Source: a virus
Taxonomy: Duplodnaviria; Caudoviricetes
Strand: one strand, 5' to 3'
Virus record (IMG/VR): IMGVR_UViG_3300025647_000165
Coordinates: 1-31,468 of that record
Length of the DNA: 31,468 nt
This document shows, one piece after another, positions 8,547 to 17,605 of this stretch (positions are counted from its first letter, which is position 1; every line of letters starts with the position of its first letter). Below the pieces are notes generated by a model. The model was not told the origin of the DNA and made no database searches. It saw only the letters and a list, made by a program, of their open reading frames with translations. A program made the translations under genes and the position numbers.

Positions 8547-8658
8547 TCAAAATTGATCAACACTGCTCCTGCCCTCCCGATCCGTTGTGGTGAGGGGATT
8601 TAGGGTTTCATTGAGATTATTATTGGGTTGTTGGACAGTAGTACGACGACATCGCTAT

Positions 8659-8714
8659 CGCCCCGCCTCTACTAGCTGCTGGATACAGTTTAAGGAGGCG
8701 GGGCGTTTGTGTTT
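8659..8714 (+). terminator. GC-rich hairpin/terminator between convergent units
   Basis: Perfect 11-bp stem CGCCCCGCCTC (8659-8669) / GAGGCGGGGCG (8695-8705), followed by TTTGTGTTT. Confidence 0.75.
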
Positions 8715-11700
8715 ACTGCTGCGACAGGTGCCGCTCTGCTGCCTCTACTGACTGGAATACAGGGCCGATACGGCGTCCTGTGGGGCCATACACTCTCACA
8801 CCTGCCCTGCTTGAGGTTTGGACCGCTCTGTGGCCTTCAGCGGTTGTATAAATAGCTCCTCCGCGATTATTCAGGGAGCGTTGAGGTGAGAACCTAAACT
8901 GATCCGCCGAGGCGAATACTGGGTTCTTCACAAAGACAGTGTTCCCAGTGGAGATCGCGACATCGCCACTAACCACTGGCCTTCCAGTTTCACGATCATA
9001 GAAATAGCTGTGCCTCCGAGGGTTCATTGAAACCTGAGTCCAGCTCTCTATGTCATCAGGGATGCTGGTTGTCTTTCTGTAGGAGCCTTCGACGGTAGCT
9101 ATCGTGGTCTTCGGCTTGCCTCCCCTGATTCCTTCTGCAGCCTTCTCGTTAATCATGAATACAGGATTCTCAACTGTAGCGATGTTGGTGTAGCCGATTA
9201 TCTTGCCAGCCTTTCCGCTGGCCCTACCAGCCCACTTCTCGTGGACAGAGATTGGGAACACTGGTGATCCCTTTTCCATCGTCCTCTGGTATGTGGGTAT
9301 GTCTAGCCGGAGCCCTACCATCTTGCCGTTATCTAGTTTGGTGTTCTCAACAACTAGTGATTTCTTGTCTGAGCTGATCTCCTTCCTAATCCTGTCGGTG
9401 CTAACCACGTTGCTCGCTTGTCCAGCGAGGACTGGAGTGTTCACACGCTGCATGACCGGGCCTTCGCCAGATGGCAGATCACTCATGCGTTCACCTGCAG
9501 GTGAGAACCTATTGGCTTCACTGCGGATCTGTTCCTGCTGCTTAGTTCTTGCGGCACCGTAGTCAGACCCAAGCTTAACAGGGCTCTTGTAAGATCGGGG
9601 ATCAAGTGATGTCTCAGTCAGCACAGGCTGCATTGCTTCCTCAGTAAGGCCCTTCAATGCCATCACCCTGCTGACGCTGGCTCCGATCTTGCCCTCAGGC
9701 GTTATTTGCTGCCCCGGCTTCATGATGCCTGACTCTTCATCAATTCGATTGGTGAACGAATCTCTCAACAAATCAAATGCACTCATTCTGCCCTTGATGT
9801 TGGATATTGACTTCCCTAGCACTCCGTATTGATAAGCTGGATGCACTGGGAGGCCTAAGTCTTGAGGCTTGATGATTGGGGTAGGGGCAGATTTATCAAA
9901 CTGAATCACTTTTACGATGTCACCTGTCCTATATCCTTGATCATCCTTGTAGGCGTTGAGCTTGTCATACATGTCCTTCCAAAAGATTCCACCATACTTC
10001 TTCTTGTAGTCATTAGAAGCAACCTGCTGCCACATCGTCTTCCTGCCGCCGAAAGTCATCTCTGGTAAGGCTTCCTCAATGTGTTCAATGGACTTGAACT
10101 CGAAGCTCTCCCACTTTGACGGGGCTTTAGGAGTAAACTTCTTGCCTTTTGCTTTGGCCTTTTCAGCTTCCAGTTTATTGGATTTTAATCGCTCTGCCTT
10201 GGCCTTCTTCTGGATCATAGCAGAAGCCTTCTTCAGAATCTGAGGCAGGTCTTTTTTGATCTGAGGGTTCTGCTGCATGTCATACTTGAACTCCTCGAGC
10301 ATGACCTCGGAGTAGGTCTTGTTGCCAGCAACAGACTCCTCCTTCTGCAGGACTACGAGCCCTATCCCGTCAGTCTGCCGGATAGCCCTTTCGAGCTGAG
10401 ACGCAATAGGCCCACCCTCTACGGCCCACGCTATGGTGCCTTGATTGTCTGCCAAGTCAGGATGATCAGGTCCGCCGCGAAGCTCAAACACACGTCCTGA
10501 TCTGGAAGTGTACTCACCAACCTTCATGCGGTCAGCCATCATTACGAACGCCTTCTTCCCGGCGAGCTGCTTGATGTCGTAGCCCGGGTCATTCGTGGCA
10601 GGGCTGAACCTAGCTATCACACCCGGCGTGAGTGAGATCACTCCGTTCAATATGGTTCCTGATTCGGAGGGATCATTCAGCTTCCGCTGAACAATTGATG
10701 GTCGATCTGCTGCAGGGGAGAACCGGATGTCGTCAGACTGGGTATTGAACCGTTCTGACAATGGGACCAGTATGCCATTGTCGTCGTAGGTGGCAGGGTC
10801 GGCGGACTTGATTTGACTTGGATCGCGGACCAGCCATATGTTGCTGCCATCCGGCCCCTTCACGTTGACCGAATCATACTCGCCGTATTCATAGTCTGAT
10901 GAAATGGAATCCAAACGCCTGTCAACGATGCTTTCAGCGTCCGTCCAAGGAGTGATGCTTGAAGATGGTTTGTACGTGTCTGCTGTAATTGTTAAAGGTT
11001 TTTCACTTTTAATGAACGCAGCCACAACTCTCGGGGTGCCTCTGTTGTCTTTGCTTGAATCTGGGTTATTTGCGTAGAATTCGGCATTGTTTTTTTCAGC
11101 AGTGAAGTAAGACCAATCGTATCCTTCAGTAATGTCAGGATATGCCCTATCATTGCCCTCTGGGTCAAAAACGGTGAATTCGGAATCCGTGCCATGATAA
11201 ACCGGCCCAACGGTATACCCTGCCTTCTTGGCTGCTTCATCTACCAATCTTTGGGCAGTCTCCATGTCACCAGACTGGACTGCTTGGGCATGGTCGGTGT
11301 CTAGCTTGGCCGGGGAGAACCTTGCATCACCGGGGGCCTTGGGGTTCCAGCCAAACTCAAAGATGCTGTTGCCCTCGGAGTAGACCTCCTTGGCCTTGAC
11401 CTTCTTCTCAAGAATGTCTGCACCAGTTTCCTCAAAGTAATTCGCATGAAGCTCCGCATACTTCCGTGATGTTGTTACCCAGTCCCCCGGGTTGATTACA
11501 CCAGAGACTCCCTTTGGCACTGCCCGATAGACTGTCAGCTCTGCCTCAGGCTTGCCACGCAGGCTCCTGAAAAGCTCGATAGTCTTCCTGCTCTCAAAGT
11601 CGTCATTGCCGTAATATCTAGCACCGTTTGAGCTGTAGATGTCTTCTGGGTAGACAGTGTCCATCTTGTCGATGGAACCCTCGCCATCAGTTCCATCAGG

Positions 11701-14631
11701 AGCCCTGTGAGACATTCTGTAGCCATACTTATCTACGTCAGGCATAAAGTGTGTCTGTGCTCTCTGGTATGCAGACTCCGAGAAAGAGACGATCGGCCTA
11801 CCTTCTTTTTGCTGCAACGCTACGATGCGATCCAGACGAAAACTGCGCCAAGGAAAATCTTTCCCGCCTTCAAACAGCCTCCTTTGTCTGGCTGTCATTG
11901 TGCCTTCTGGAACCTCTGGATTTCCTTTGACGTTTCGCACACTGAGAATCTTGTTCAGGAAGTCACTCTTACGCTGCGAGCCCAGAACTTCAGCGGTCCT
12001 CTTCTCGCCAGATCTCAGCGCATTGATGTAGCTGTGCAGGTCCAAGAACATCTGAGCCTCTGAACCGAAAATCTTCTGCATCTCCGCAGTCTGATTGTAA
12101 AGCCTTCTGGCCTTCGACTCAGTGAGGCTCATGTCTAATACACGAGCTGTGATCGTTCCGGTTATTGGGCTGATCACTAGGTCATAAAGGATCGCATTCC
12201 GATTGCTGATAGGAAGATTCTTTGCTCGCGTCTTCCCGAGCTTCGTCTTCATTGTGGAAGCTCCGTATGTCACGTTCACATACTGATCTGCTTCATTGAT
12301 CTTTGAGTATTCCGCCAGAGCCTTCTTTATCGTGTCGTTAATGAGAGGCGAATCCAACAAAGCCTGAAGCTGGCCAGCACTAAAGCGAGCCCCCCTGTAG
12401 CTACCGTCTGGCTGTCTTGTCAGCCCTCCTTCGCCACCTACTTGATCCAGAATGTTTGTGATGGTTCTGGCTCGTTCCTTGGCGATCTTCTTCTGCTCAG
12501 AGTCGCCCATGATGACGCGCTTGCCGCTCCGGTCTGTCTTGGCGACTCCCATGGCCTCCATCTCTCGGAAGGTGTCGTCGTCTGACAAATCGACTGCGCT
12601 ATAGGTCTTGACTGGCTCGTCCATGGAGAGCTCCACCTTCCTGCCTGCTTCCCTGCGAGCCTTAACGAGGTCTCGCATAGCAGAATCAAGTCTTCGTGAC
12701 TGGCGGATCTGCTGGTCGAAGATCGGGCTCTGGAAGGCATCATAAAAGCGATCCAGTTTGCCTTTTGTGAAGCGATCAAAGACACCTTTGAGTCCTTCTG
12801 CAAAGCTGCTTCCAGAAAAGATGTAGTTGCTGTTTTTCCCTTTGATGAAGTTGGCGAAGTACTCTGCCCCCATCTCCTCGAGAATGTAGTCCACCTTTGC
12901 CTGAGAAGATCCCCCCATCTTCTCTTGATACCTTTGGCTGATGTCTATCTGCGCTTTCAGCCTATTCTCGTAATCGCGGATGAAATCATTCACCTGTTCT
13001 GGTGTATACATGCGGCCAATCGTGTTCTTGATTGTGCTGACCATCGCATCGAAGCCATCCAGCCGCGCCATCGCATGAAAGGTCTCATGTAGCATAGTCT
13101 GAGCGTCTGCGTTGACGTTCAGGTATACGACAGGCTTGCCGTCCTCCTCACCCAAAAACCCTGCAGCTTTCCCGAGCTTCCTTCTTTTTTTGTTAACCAC
13201 AACCTCGAAGTCAGGGTCCACATGACGAACTGTGGCTGATCCCTGTAGAAGGATCTGCTCAGCATCCATGCGAGCTATCCGGTCTTCTCGGCTAGAGATG
13301 CCAGCCAGACGTTCCCTGTCCTCAACGGACTTTGTCTCAATCCATCTTCCGTAGTCACTGTCTTGAGCGTTCCTCAGAGAGGCCCCAGTCAAGCCTTCGA
13401 CCGCCCTTCCCAACGTGGCACCGCCTGCACCAAGAACTCCGCCAGAGCCTATACCCTGAGCGAGTCCCTCGAGCCCGCCAGATGCGAGACCGATGCCTCC
13501 ACCGACAGCTCCACCAATGACTGCACCAGTTGCTGCTCTGCCTGCGTAGTCTACTGGTCTGTCAAGGAACTGCAGCCTTCCTGCGAGCTTGCCTGCGATC
13601 GTATCAGGCTGATGCATGTGCACACGAGCCATTCCTCCCAGTCTGGTTGGGGTGTGAGACATTGCTTCACCGAAACCTGTGAGAAGCCCTCCTGCGACAT
13701 CAAGCAGTGTCGGTGTTGCCACTGCGGCCCCGACAAGGCCTGCAGTTCCTCCACCGACGACACCTCCCGCGACAGCAGCACCAACGCCACCGGGCACCAC
13801 TACATTAGCTAGTCCACCAGTTGCCTCGTCTATGACCTCTGTCGCCCCCTTAATCCTGTTCTTGGCTCCCTCAATGAGTCCGCCAGTGTATTCGGAGGCG
13901 ATCGATGCTGCTCGACCTGCTGCCCTGACCGGAGCCCCGAGTGTTCTTGCAGCAGCTCGGCTTGCCTTGGAGGCGATCTTGCCGCCCGGTACAACGAATG
14001 TAGGATCGATGAACTCACCAGTGAGCTCGGCTGCTTGAGTGTTTATTTTGGCGAGGTCAAGCTTGGCTCCAGCCATGCCTGACCAGTCAGCATATTCGTT
14101 CCACGCCGACTTATCACCTCGCTCAATGGCACCTCGAACATTCTGGAGCTCCTTTAATTTTACGAAATTGTTGTATTGATTCGTCGTCTCGTCCTCACTG
14201 ACTCCGCCAAAAGCATCGATCTTTGATCCGATGTATCCTTTGGCCATCTGGATCAGGGTCTCAGTGTCGTAGGTGCCTCGAGCTGCTCCCTCCAGAAATG
14301 TTCGGGCAGATGTCCCCGGATCAAATATGTTGCCATAAGTCCGAACAGCATCTGGCAGGTTGTTAACGATTCGCGCTGCTGTGTCTACAGCAGCTTCGGC
14401 CACAACCCCGGGGACCTGACCCCACGTCATGTCAGGACGCGCCTGCTTATAACGGACAAAGTCCTCCCGGGTCAGGGAGGACGATGGCGTTTCAGGATTT
14501 TCAAATCGAGCTACCAACTTTTCATCTGGCTCAGGGTAGTCTCGCTTAATGATGTCCTTGATCCTGTCCTCAGACATCTGGTCTGGGAACTCTAAATTGA
14601 CATCATAGTCCTCAAGATAGATTTGCTGCAT
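8713..14631 (-). CDS. large internal virion/ejection polyvalent protein (Gly-rich membrane region, HExxH zincin-like domain, two ART-like domains, unknown modules)
   Basis: Likely start MQQIYLED at 14631 (TAATG overlap), ~1972 aa. Gly/Ala-rich hydrophobic stretches, HETFH at 13075-13089 with downstream EE, VYRAV..GDWVT and YHGT..F..F..YFT motifs. Confidence 0.8.
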   Translation of the reverse strand: MQQIYLEDYDVNLEFPDQMSEDRIKDIIKRDYPEPDEKLVARFENPETPSSSLTREDFVRYKQARPDMTWGQVPGVVAEAAVDTAARIVNNLPDAVRTYGNIFDPGTSARTFLEGAARGTYDTETLIQMAKGYIGSKIDAFGGVSEDETTNQYNNFVKLKELQNVRGAIERGDKSAWNEYADWSGMAGAKLDLAKINTQAAELTGEFIDPTFVVPGGKIASKASRAAARTLGAPVRAAGRAASIASEYTGGLIEGAKNRIKGATEVIDEATGGLANVVVPGGVGAAVAGGVVGGGTAGLVGAAVATPTLLDVAGGLLTGFGEAMSHTPTRLGGMARVHMHQPDTIAGKLAGRLQFLDRPVDYAGRAATGAVIGGAVGGGIGLASGGLEGLAQGIGSGGVLGAGGATLGRAVEGLTGASLRNAQDSDYGRWIETKSVEDRERLAGISSREDRIARMDAEQILLQGSATVRHVDPDFEVVVNKKRRKLGKAAGFLGEEDGKPVVYLNVNADAQTMLHETFHAMARLDGFDAMVSTIKNTIGRMYTPEQVNDFIRDYENRLKAQIDISQRYQEKMGGSSQAKVDYILEEMGAEYFANFIKGKNSNYIFSGSSFAEGLKGVFDRFTKGKLDRFYDAFQSPIFDQQIRQSRRLDSAMRDLVKARREAGRKVELSMDEPVKTYSAVDLSDDDTFREMEAMGVAKTDRSGKRVIMGDSEQKKIAKERARTITNILDQVGGEGGLTRQPDGSYRGARFSAGQLQALLDSPLINDTIKKALAEYSKINEADQYVNVTYGASTMKTKLGKTRAKNLPISNRNAILYDLVISPITGTITARVLDMSLTESKARRLYNQTAEMQKIFGSEAQMFLDLHSYINALRSGEKRTAEVLGSQRKSDFLNKILSVRNVKGNPEVPEGTMTARQRRLFEGGKDFPWRSFRLDRIVALQQKEGRPIVSFSESAYQRAQTHFMPDVDKYGYRMSHRAPDGTDGEGSIDKMDTVYPEDIYSSNGARYYGNDDFESRKTIELFRSLRGKPEAELTVYRAVPKGVSGVINPGDWVTTSRKYAELHANYFEETGADILEKKVKAKEVYSEGNSIFEFGWNPKAPGDARFSPAKLDTDHAQAVQSGDMETAQRLVDEAAKKAGYTVGPVYHGTDSEFTVFDPEGNDRAYPDITEGYDWSYFTAEKNNAEFYANNPDSSKDNRGTPRVVAAFIKSEKPLTITADTYKPSSSITPWTDAESIVDRRLDSISSDYEYGEYDSVNVKGPDGSNIWLVRDPSQIKSADPATYDDNGILVPLSERFNTQSDDIRFSPAADRPSIVQRKLNDPSESGTILNGVISLTPGVIARFSPATNDPGYDIKQLAGKKAFVMMADRMKVGEYTSRSGRVFELRGGPDHPDLADNQGTIAWAVEGGPIASQLERAIRQTDGIGLVVLQKEESVAGNKTYSEVMLEEFKYDMQQNPQIKKDLPQILKKASAMIQKKAKAERLKSNKLEAEKAKAKGKKFTPKAPSKWESFEFKSIEHIEEALPEMTFGGRKTMWQQVASNDYKKKYGGIFWKDMYDKLNAYKDDQGYRTGDIVKVIQFDKSAPTPIIKPQDLGLPVHPAYQYGVLGKSISNIKGRMSAFDLLRDSFTNRIDEESGIMKPGQQITPEGKIGASVSRVMALKGLTEEAMQPVLTETSLDPRSYKSPVKLGSDYGAARTKQQEQIRSEANRFSPAGERMSDLPSGEGPVMQRVNTPVLAGQASNVVSTDRIRKEISSDKKSLVVENTKLDNGKMVGLRLDIPTYQRTMEKGSPVFPISVHEKWAGRASGKAGKIIGYTNIATVENPVFMINEKAAEGIRGGKPKTTIATVEGSYRKTTSIPDDIESWTQVSMNPRRHSYFYDRETGRPVVSGDVAISTGNTVFVKNPVFASADQFRFSPQRSLNNRGGAIYTTAEGHRAVQTSSRAGVRVYGPTGRRIGPVFQSVEAAERHLSQQ

Positions 14632-16124
14632 TATCGTGATTCCAATTGACCCGACATTCCGTAGGTGAAAGTTTTGCCCATAGGGCCCTGTGCTTGACCT
14701 GACTGCATCCCTGACGGCTGCTGCCAAGAGATTAGGGCTGCGTGCTTAGCCAATCCCCTCTCAACTTTCTTGAGCAATGTCTCAAGTGCTGTTTTATTGG
14801 ATGATGACAGTGACCAGAATTTAGTTGGGTCGCGGATGATGGACTTGAGTAACTGTTGTTCACTCTCAGTCACGGCTCCCGGTCCAACAATCTCTCGCCG
14901 CAAAGCTCCCTGCAGTGCCCCCTGAAGAACCTGCGCTTCGCTCCTTAAATCAATCGATGCCCAAGGCGAGTCCATTGCGCTGATTTCAAGAAGTCGCTTG
15001 ATTCCGGTTTGCGCCTCAGTGGCTGATATAAGAACTTCCCTGAAGTCTTTGGCGATCTCAGGACTAGGTGCAACTCCGTATCCAGTGACCGTGCTGGCTC
15101 CTATCTCGCGCTCCAGCTTCATAAGGGAAATCTTATCCGATGGAGTCAACTTGTCCTGTTTAGGGTAGAGCATCTCATACAGGTTCTTGGCTTGCGTGGG
15201 GTATTTTTCAGCGAGCTCAGGGATGTTCTCAGAGACACGCCTCATCACTTCCTGACTGGTCTCAAGCCTAGTGTCACCCTCTGCAGCCTGAATTCTGAGA
15301 ATGTCTAAGTCTCGAGCTGCCTGCTGAACCTCTGGTGAGGGCTCAAGTGCTGGCTCAGGGCCCATAGGTGTGGAAGGTCTCTGTTGTGGCTGACTGTCAA
15401 CCTGAGGTGCATAGTTCACGTCCGAAGGACTGGGGAGACTCTGGGCTGCCTTGAGCGCATTAGATATTGACATGTCTGGCAGCACTGTCTCGCGCCGTCT
15501 TACAAATGGAATGAATGTTGGCAGATCTTGGGTTCGTGGTGTCGCGCCTGTGTAATCGGCTTGAGGTTTCGTGGAAAATGCACCCGCCCTAAACTCTCCA
15601 GCTTCTCCACCAGAAAACTTGAACTCAGGCCTGAATCCAGCTTGCTCTGCCTGCATCAACCTTTTTTCTGCTGCTGTGATTTCTGGCCCGAAGTCTCTTT
15701 GGACCTGCTGTGGCTGGAATGCTCGCAGCATATCAGGATACATCTTCCCCTCTTCTTCCATTGTTTGACGAGCAAACTTCTGAGCCGTCAACGCTTCTTT
15801 AGCTTCTTGCTTCTTGAGTTCTTGAAGCTCCAAGGCTCCCATCTCAAGAATGCCACGCTTCAAGCCTTTAAGATCTGCCAGACTACCAGCTTCAATTGTG
15901 GCATCAAAAGCCTCACGATTTTCTTCAGGAATTGTCTTGCGGAACAACTTGAGGTTGGCCCTAAGTTCCTTTGCCTCCTCCTTGTCTTGCCTGAACTTCT
16001 TGATACCTTCCCCTATTCCAGCACCTAGCCCTGCGATACCTGCACCGAGAAGTTCTCCAACTCGAGATCTCTCGGTAGGCTGAACGATTCCCTGTCCTGT
16101 GTATGTTTGTTGAGAAAATGGCAT
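14631..16124 (-). CDS. internal virion (ejection) protein
   Basis: 497 aa. N-terminal Gly-rich helix (LGAGIAGLGAGIGEG), helical/Gln-Pro-rich body and GAVTESEQ motif. Middle gene of the three-gene ejection cluster. Confidence 0.6.
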   Translation of the reverse strand: MPFSQQTYTGQGIVQPTERSRVGELLGAGIAGLGAGIGEGIKKFRQDKEEAKELRANLKLFRKTIPEENREAFDATIEAGSLADLKGLKRGILEMGALELQELKKQEAKEALTAQKFARQTMEEEGKMYPDMLRAFQPQQVQRDFGPEITAAEKRLMQAEQAGFRPEFKFSGGEAGEFRAGAFSTKPQADYTGATPRTQDLPTFIPFVRRRETVLPDMSISNALKAAQSLPSPSDVNYAPQVDSQPQQRPSTPMGPEPALEPSPEVQQAARDLDILRIQAAEGDTRLETSQEVMRRVSENIPELAEKYPTQAKNLYEMLYPKQDKLTPSDKISLMKLEREIGASTVTGYGVAPSPEIAKDFREVLISATEAQTGIKRLLEISAMDSPWASIDLRSEAQVLQGALQGALRREIVGPGAVTESEQQLLKSIIRDPTKFWSLSSSNKTALETLLKKVERGLAKHAALISWQQPSGMQSGQAQGPMGKTFTYGMSGQLESR

Positions 16125-16128
16125 AAGT

Positions 16129-17178
16129 TTATCCGATCAGTTTCTTAATACGTGAGTCCATCCACTTTTTGATGGAAGGCTTGAGCCACTCATTCTTTGA
16201 CAGCCAGCCAGCGAATCTTTGACCGTGCTTAATGTAAAGATTCCTGAACCATCCCGGTGATTCGTTCAGCAACCAATGCCTGAACAGCAGCCACATTGGA
16301 TTCTCAGACCCGTAGACTTCACGGGCTACCCAGCAAATTGGCTTAAAACTCAACATGTTGCCCAATCCCTGCATAGCTCCACTTGCAACTCCTGCTCGAG
16401 CATTCGCGGATGCTATGCTCGCATTAAGTGCAGCATTGTAGTTGCCAGCGGCCAGACTGCCAGCATAGGCTGACTCTGGGTTGAAGACCTGCTGCGGAGC
16501 CATTCCTTGACCTTGTGCAGCGAGACTTTGACCAGCAGCGATACCCACTCCGGGTCTACCGAGAATAGCCATGAACGGATCTGCAGCAGTGGCTGCGTTT
16601 AAGCCTACCATCTGCTGTGCGAAGGCCTGTCGCCGTCTCTGTAGCTGCTCAGCCTGCAGCCCCTTGACAAGGGCTTCCTGACTGATGTCTGACACACCAA
16701 AACCCATTCCACGAGCAGCCTGAGCCCCTCGGACCTGCTGCTCAAGCTCTCTGGCCATAGATGGAGGCAGAGATGCTCCTGCAGCCAGTTCCTGCTGTGC
16801 CTGCCTGTTCAACTCTGACATCAACGCAGCCTGCTCAGGATTGGCCTGCCTGAAGGCCTCAGTGGCCCTCTGACCGAGTCTCTCGACTGCGGCGATGTCT
16901 CCTTCTCGAGTTACATCAAGGCCAGCCACATCGGCTCTGGCGAGCCCGGGCATGATGTCTCGCTCATACAGCTCAAGCAAACCGGGCTGACCTTCGCTTC
17001 CGCGCATGAGATCCCTCAAGACCTGCAGGTTCAGGCGGGCCTCTGCTGGCCTGCCATATTCCTGACTGGCTTCAGCAGCAAACAGGTCAGGGGCCAAAGC
17101 TATTTGAGCCTCTAGTGTCTCACGTGTCTCCTTGCCATAATCCCGAGGCGGAGGTGCCTCTGCGCTATACATTCCCAT
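16129..17178 (-). CDS. internal virion/DNA pilot protein with C-terminal CWVAREVYG domain
   Basis: Starts MG...APPPRDY, Ala/Gln/Gly-rich, AARGMG motif. Distinct aromatic/basic C-terminal domain at 16129-16335. Confidence 0.65.
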   Translation of the reverse strand: MGMYSAEAPPPRDYGKETRETLEAQIALAPDLFAAEASQEYGRPAEARLNLQVLRDLMRGSEGQPGLLELYERDIMPGLARADVAGLDVTREGDIAAVERLGQRATEAFRQANPEQAALMSELNRQAQQELAAGASLPPSMARELEQQVRGAQAARGMGFGVSDISQEALVKGLQAEQLQRRRQAFAQQMVGLNAATAADPFMAILGRPGVGIAAGQSLAAQGQGMAPQQVFNPESAYAGSLAAGNYNAALNASIASANARAGVASGAMQGLGNMLSFKPICWVAREVYGSENPMWLLFRHWLLNESPGWFRNLYIKHGQRFAGWLSKNEWLKPSIKKWMDSRIKKLIG

Positions 17179-17605
17179 GGTAGTTGTCCTGTTGGTATTG
17201 TCTGTGTAATTTGCTAAACTCTCTCATCGCATTCCACCCGCCACATAGGTAGACGACTGCGAAGATCACCTCGTGGTAGTGGCTCTTCAAAACATCCGAG
17301 TGGACTCTCTTGACCTCGTCCTCGGACTGCTCCCATCTGTTCGCATCGAGCCACGCACTGCAGCTCACAATTATTATTGGCATGAGGAAGCTACTGTGGG
17401 CCTGATAAAATGGGTTGGAGCTCAGCTCCAGCATCCACTTCAGCTCAGCCTCAATAAGCTTCTCATCAGACTCCACCTTCCCGAGGTCGATCATGTCGTC
17501 AATGTCATGTGAACGCTCGGCAAACATTTGAACAAAGTCCCACGCCTTGTCATTGTTGTGCGTCAGCCTTAGGAAGTCGCTCTTTATGGAGTAGTCAAAA
17601 TTCAT
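17165..17605 (-). CDS. all-helical protein with DDxxD motif (isoprenoid synthase-like)
   Basis: SHDIDDMID at 17486-17512, plus NPFY, WLDAN and LCGG. Overlaps both neighbours. Confidence 0.5.
   Translation of the reverse strand: MNFDYSIKSDFLRLTHNNDKAWDFVQMFAERSHDIDDMIDLGKVESDEKLIEAELKWMLELSSNPFYQAHSSFLMPIIIVSCSAWLDANRWEQSEDEVKRVHSDVLKSHYHEVIFAVVYLCGGWNAMREFSKLHRQYQQDNYHGNV

Noticed and set aside
5985-8712. tRNA or known riboswitch in the structured intergenic regions
   Set aside because: No cloverleaf, T-loop GTTCRA or recognisable aptamer consensus is seen.
14632-14727. ORF-track N-terminal extension of the 2004-aa protein
   Set aside because: It overlaps the upstream gene by about 97 nt. 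The ATG at 14631 gives a clean TAATG coupling.
9203-16473. Numerous + strand ORFs opposite the ejection genes (and similar ORFs opposite other genes)
   Set aside because: These are antisense shadows of long, motif-bearing - strand genes and have no recognisable motifs.
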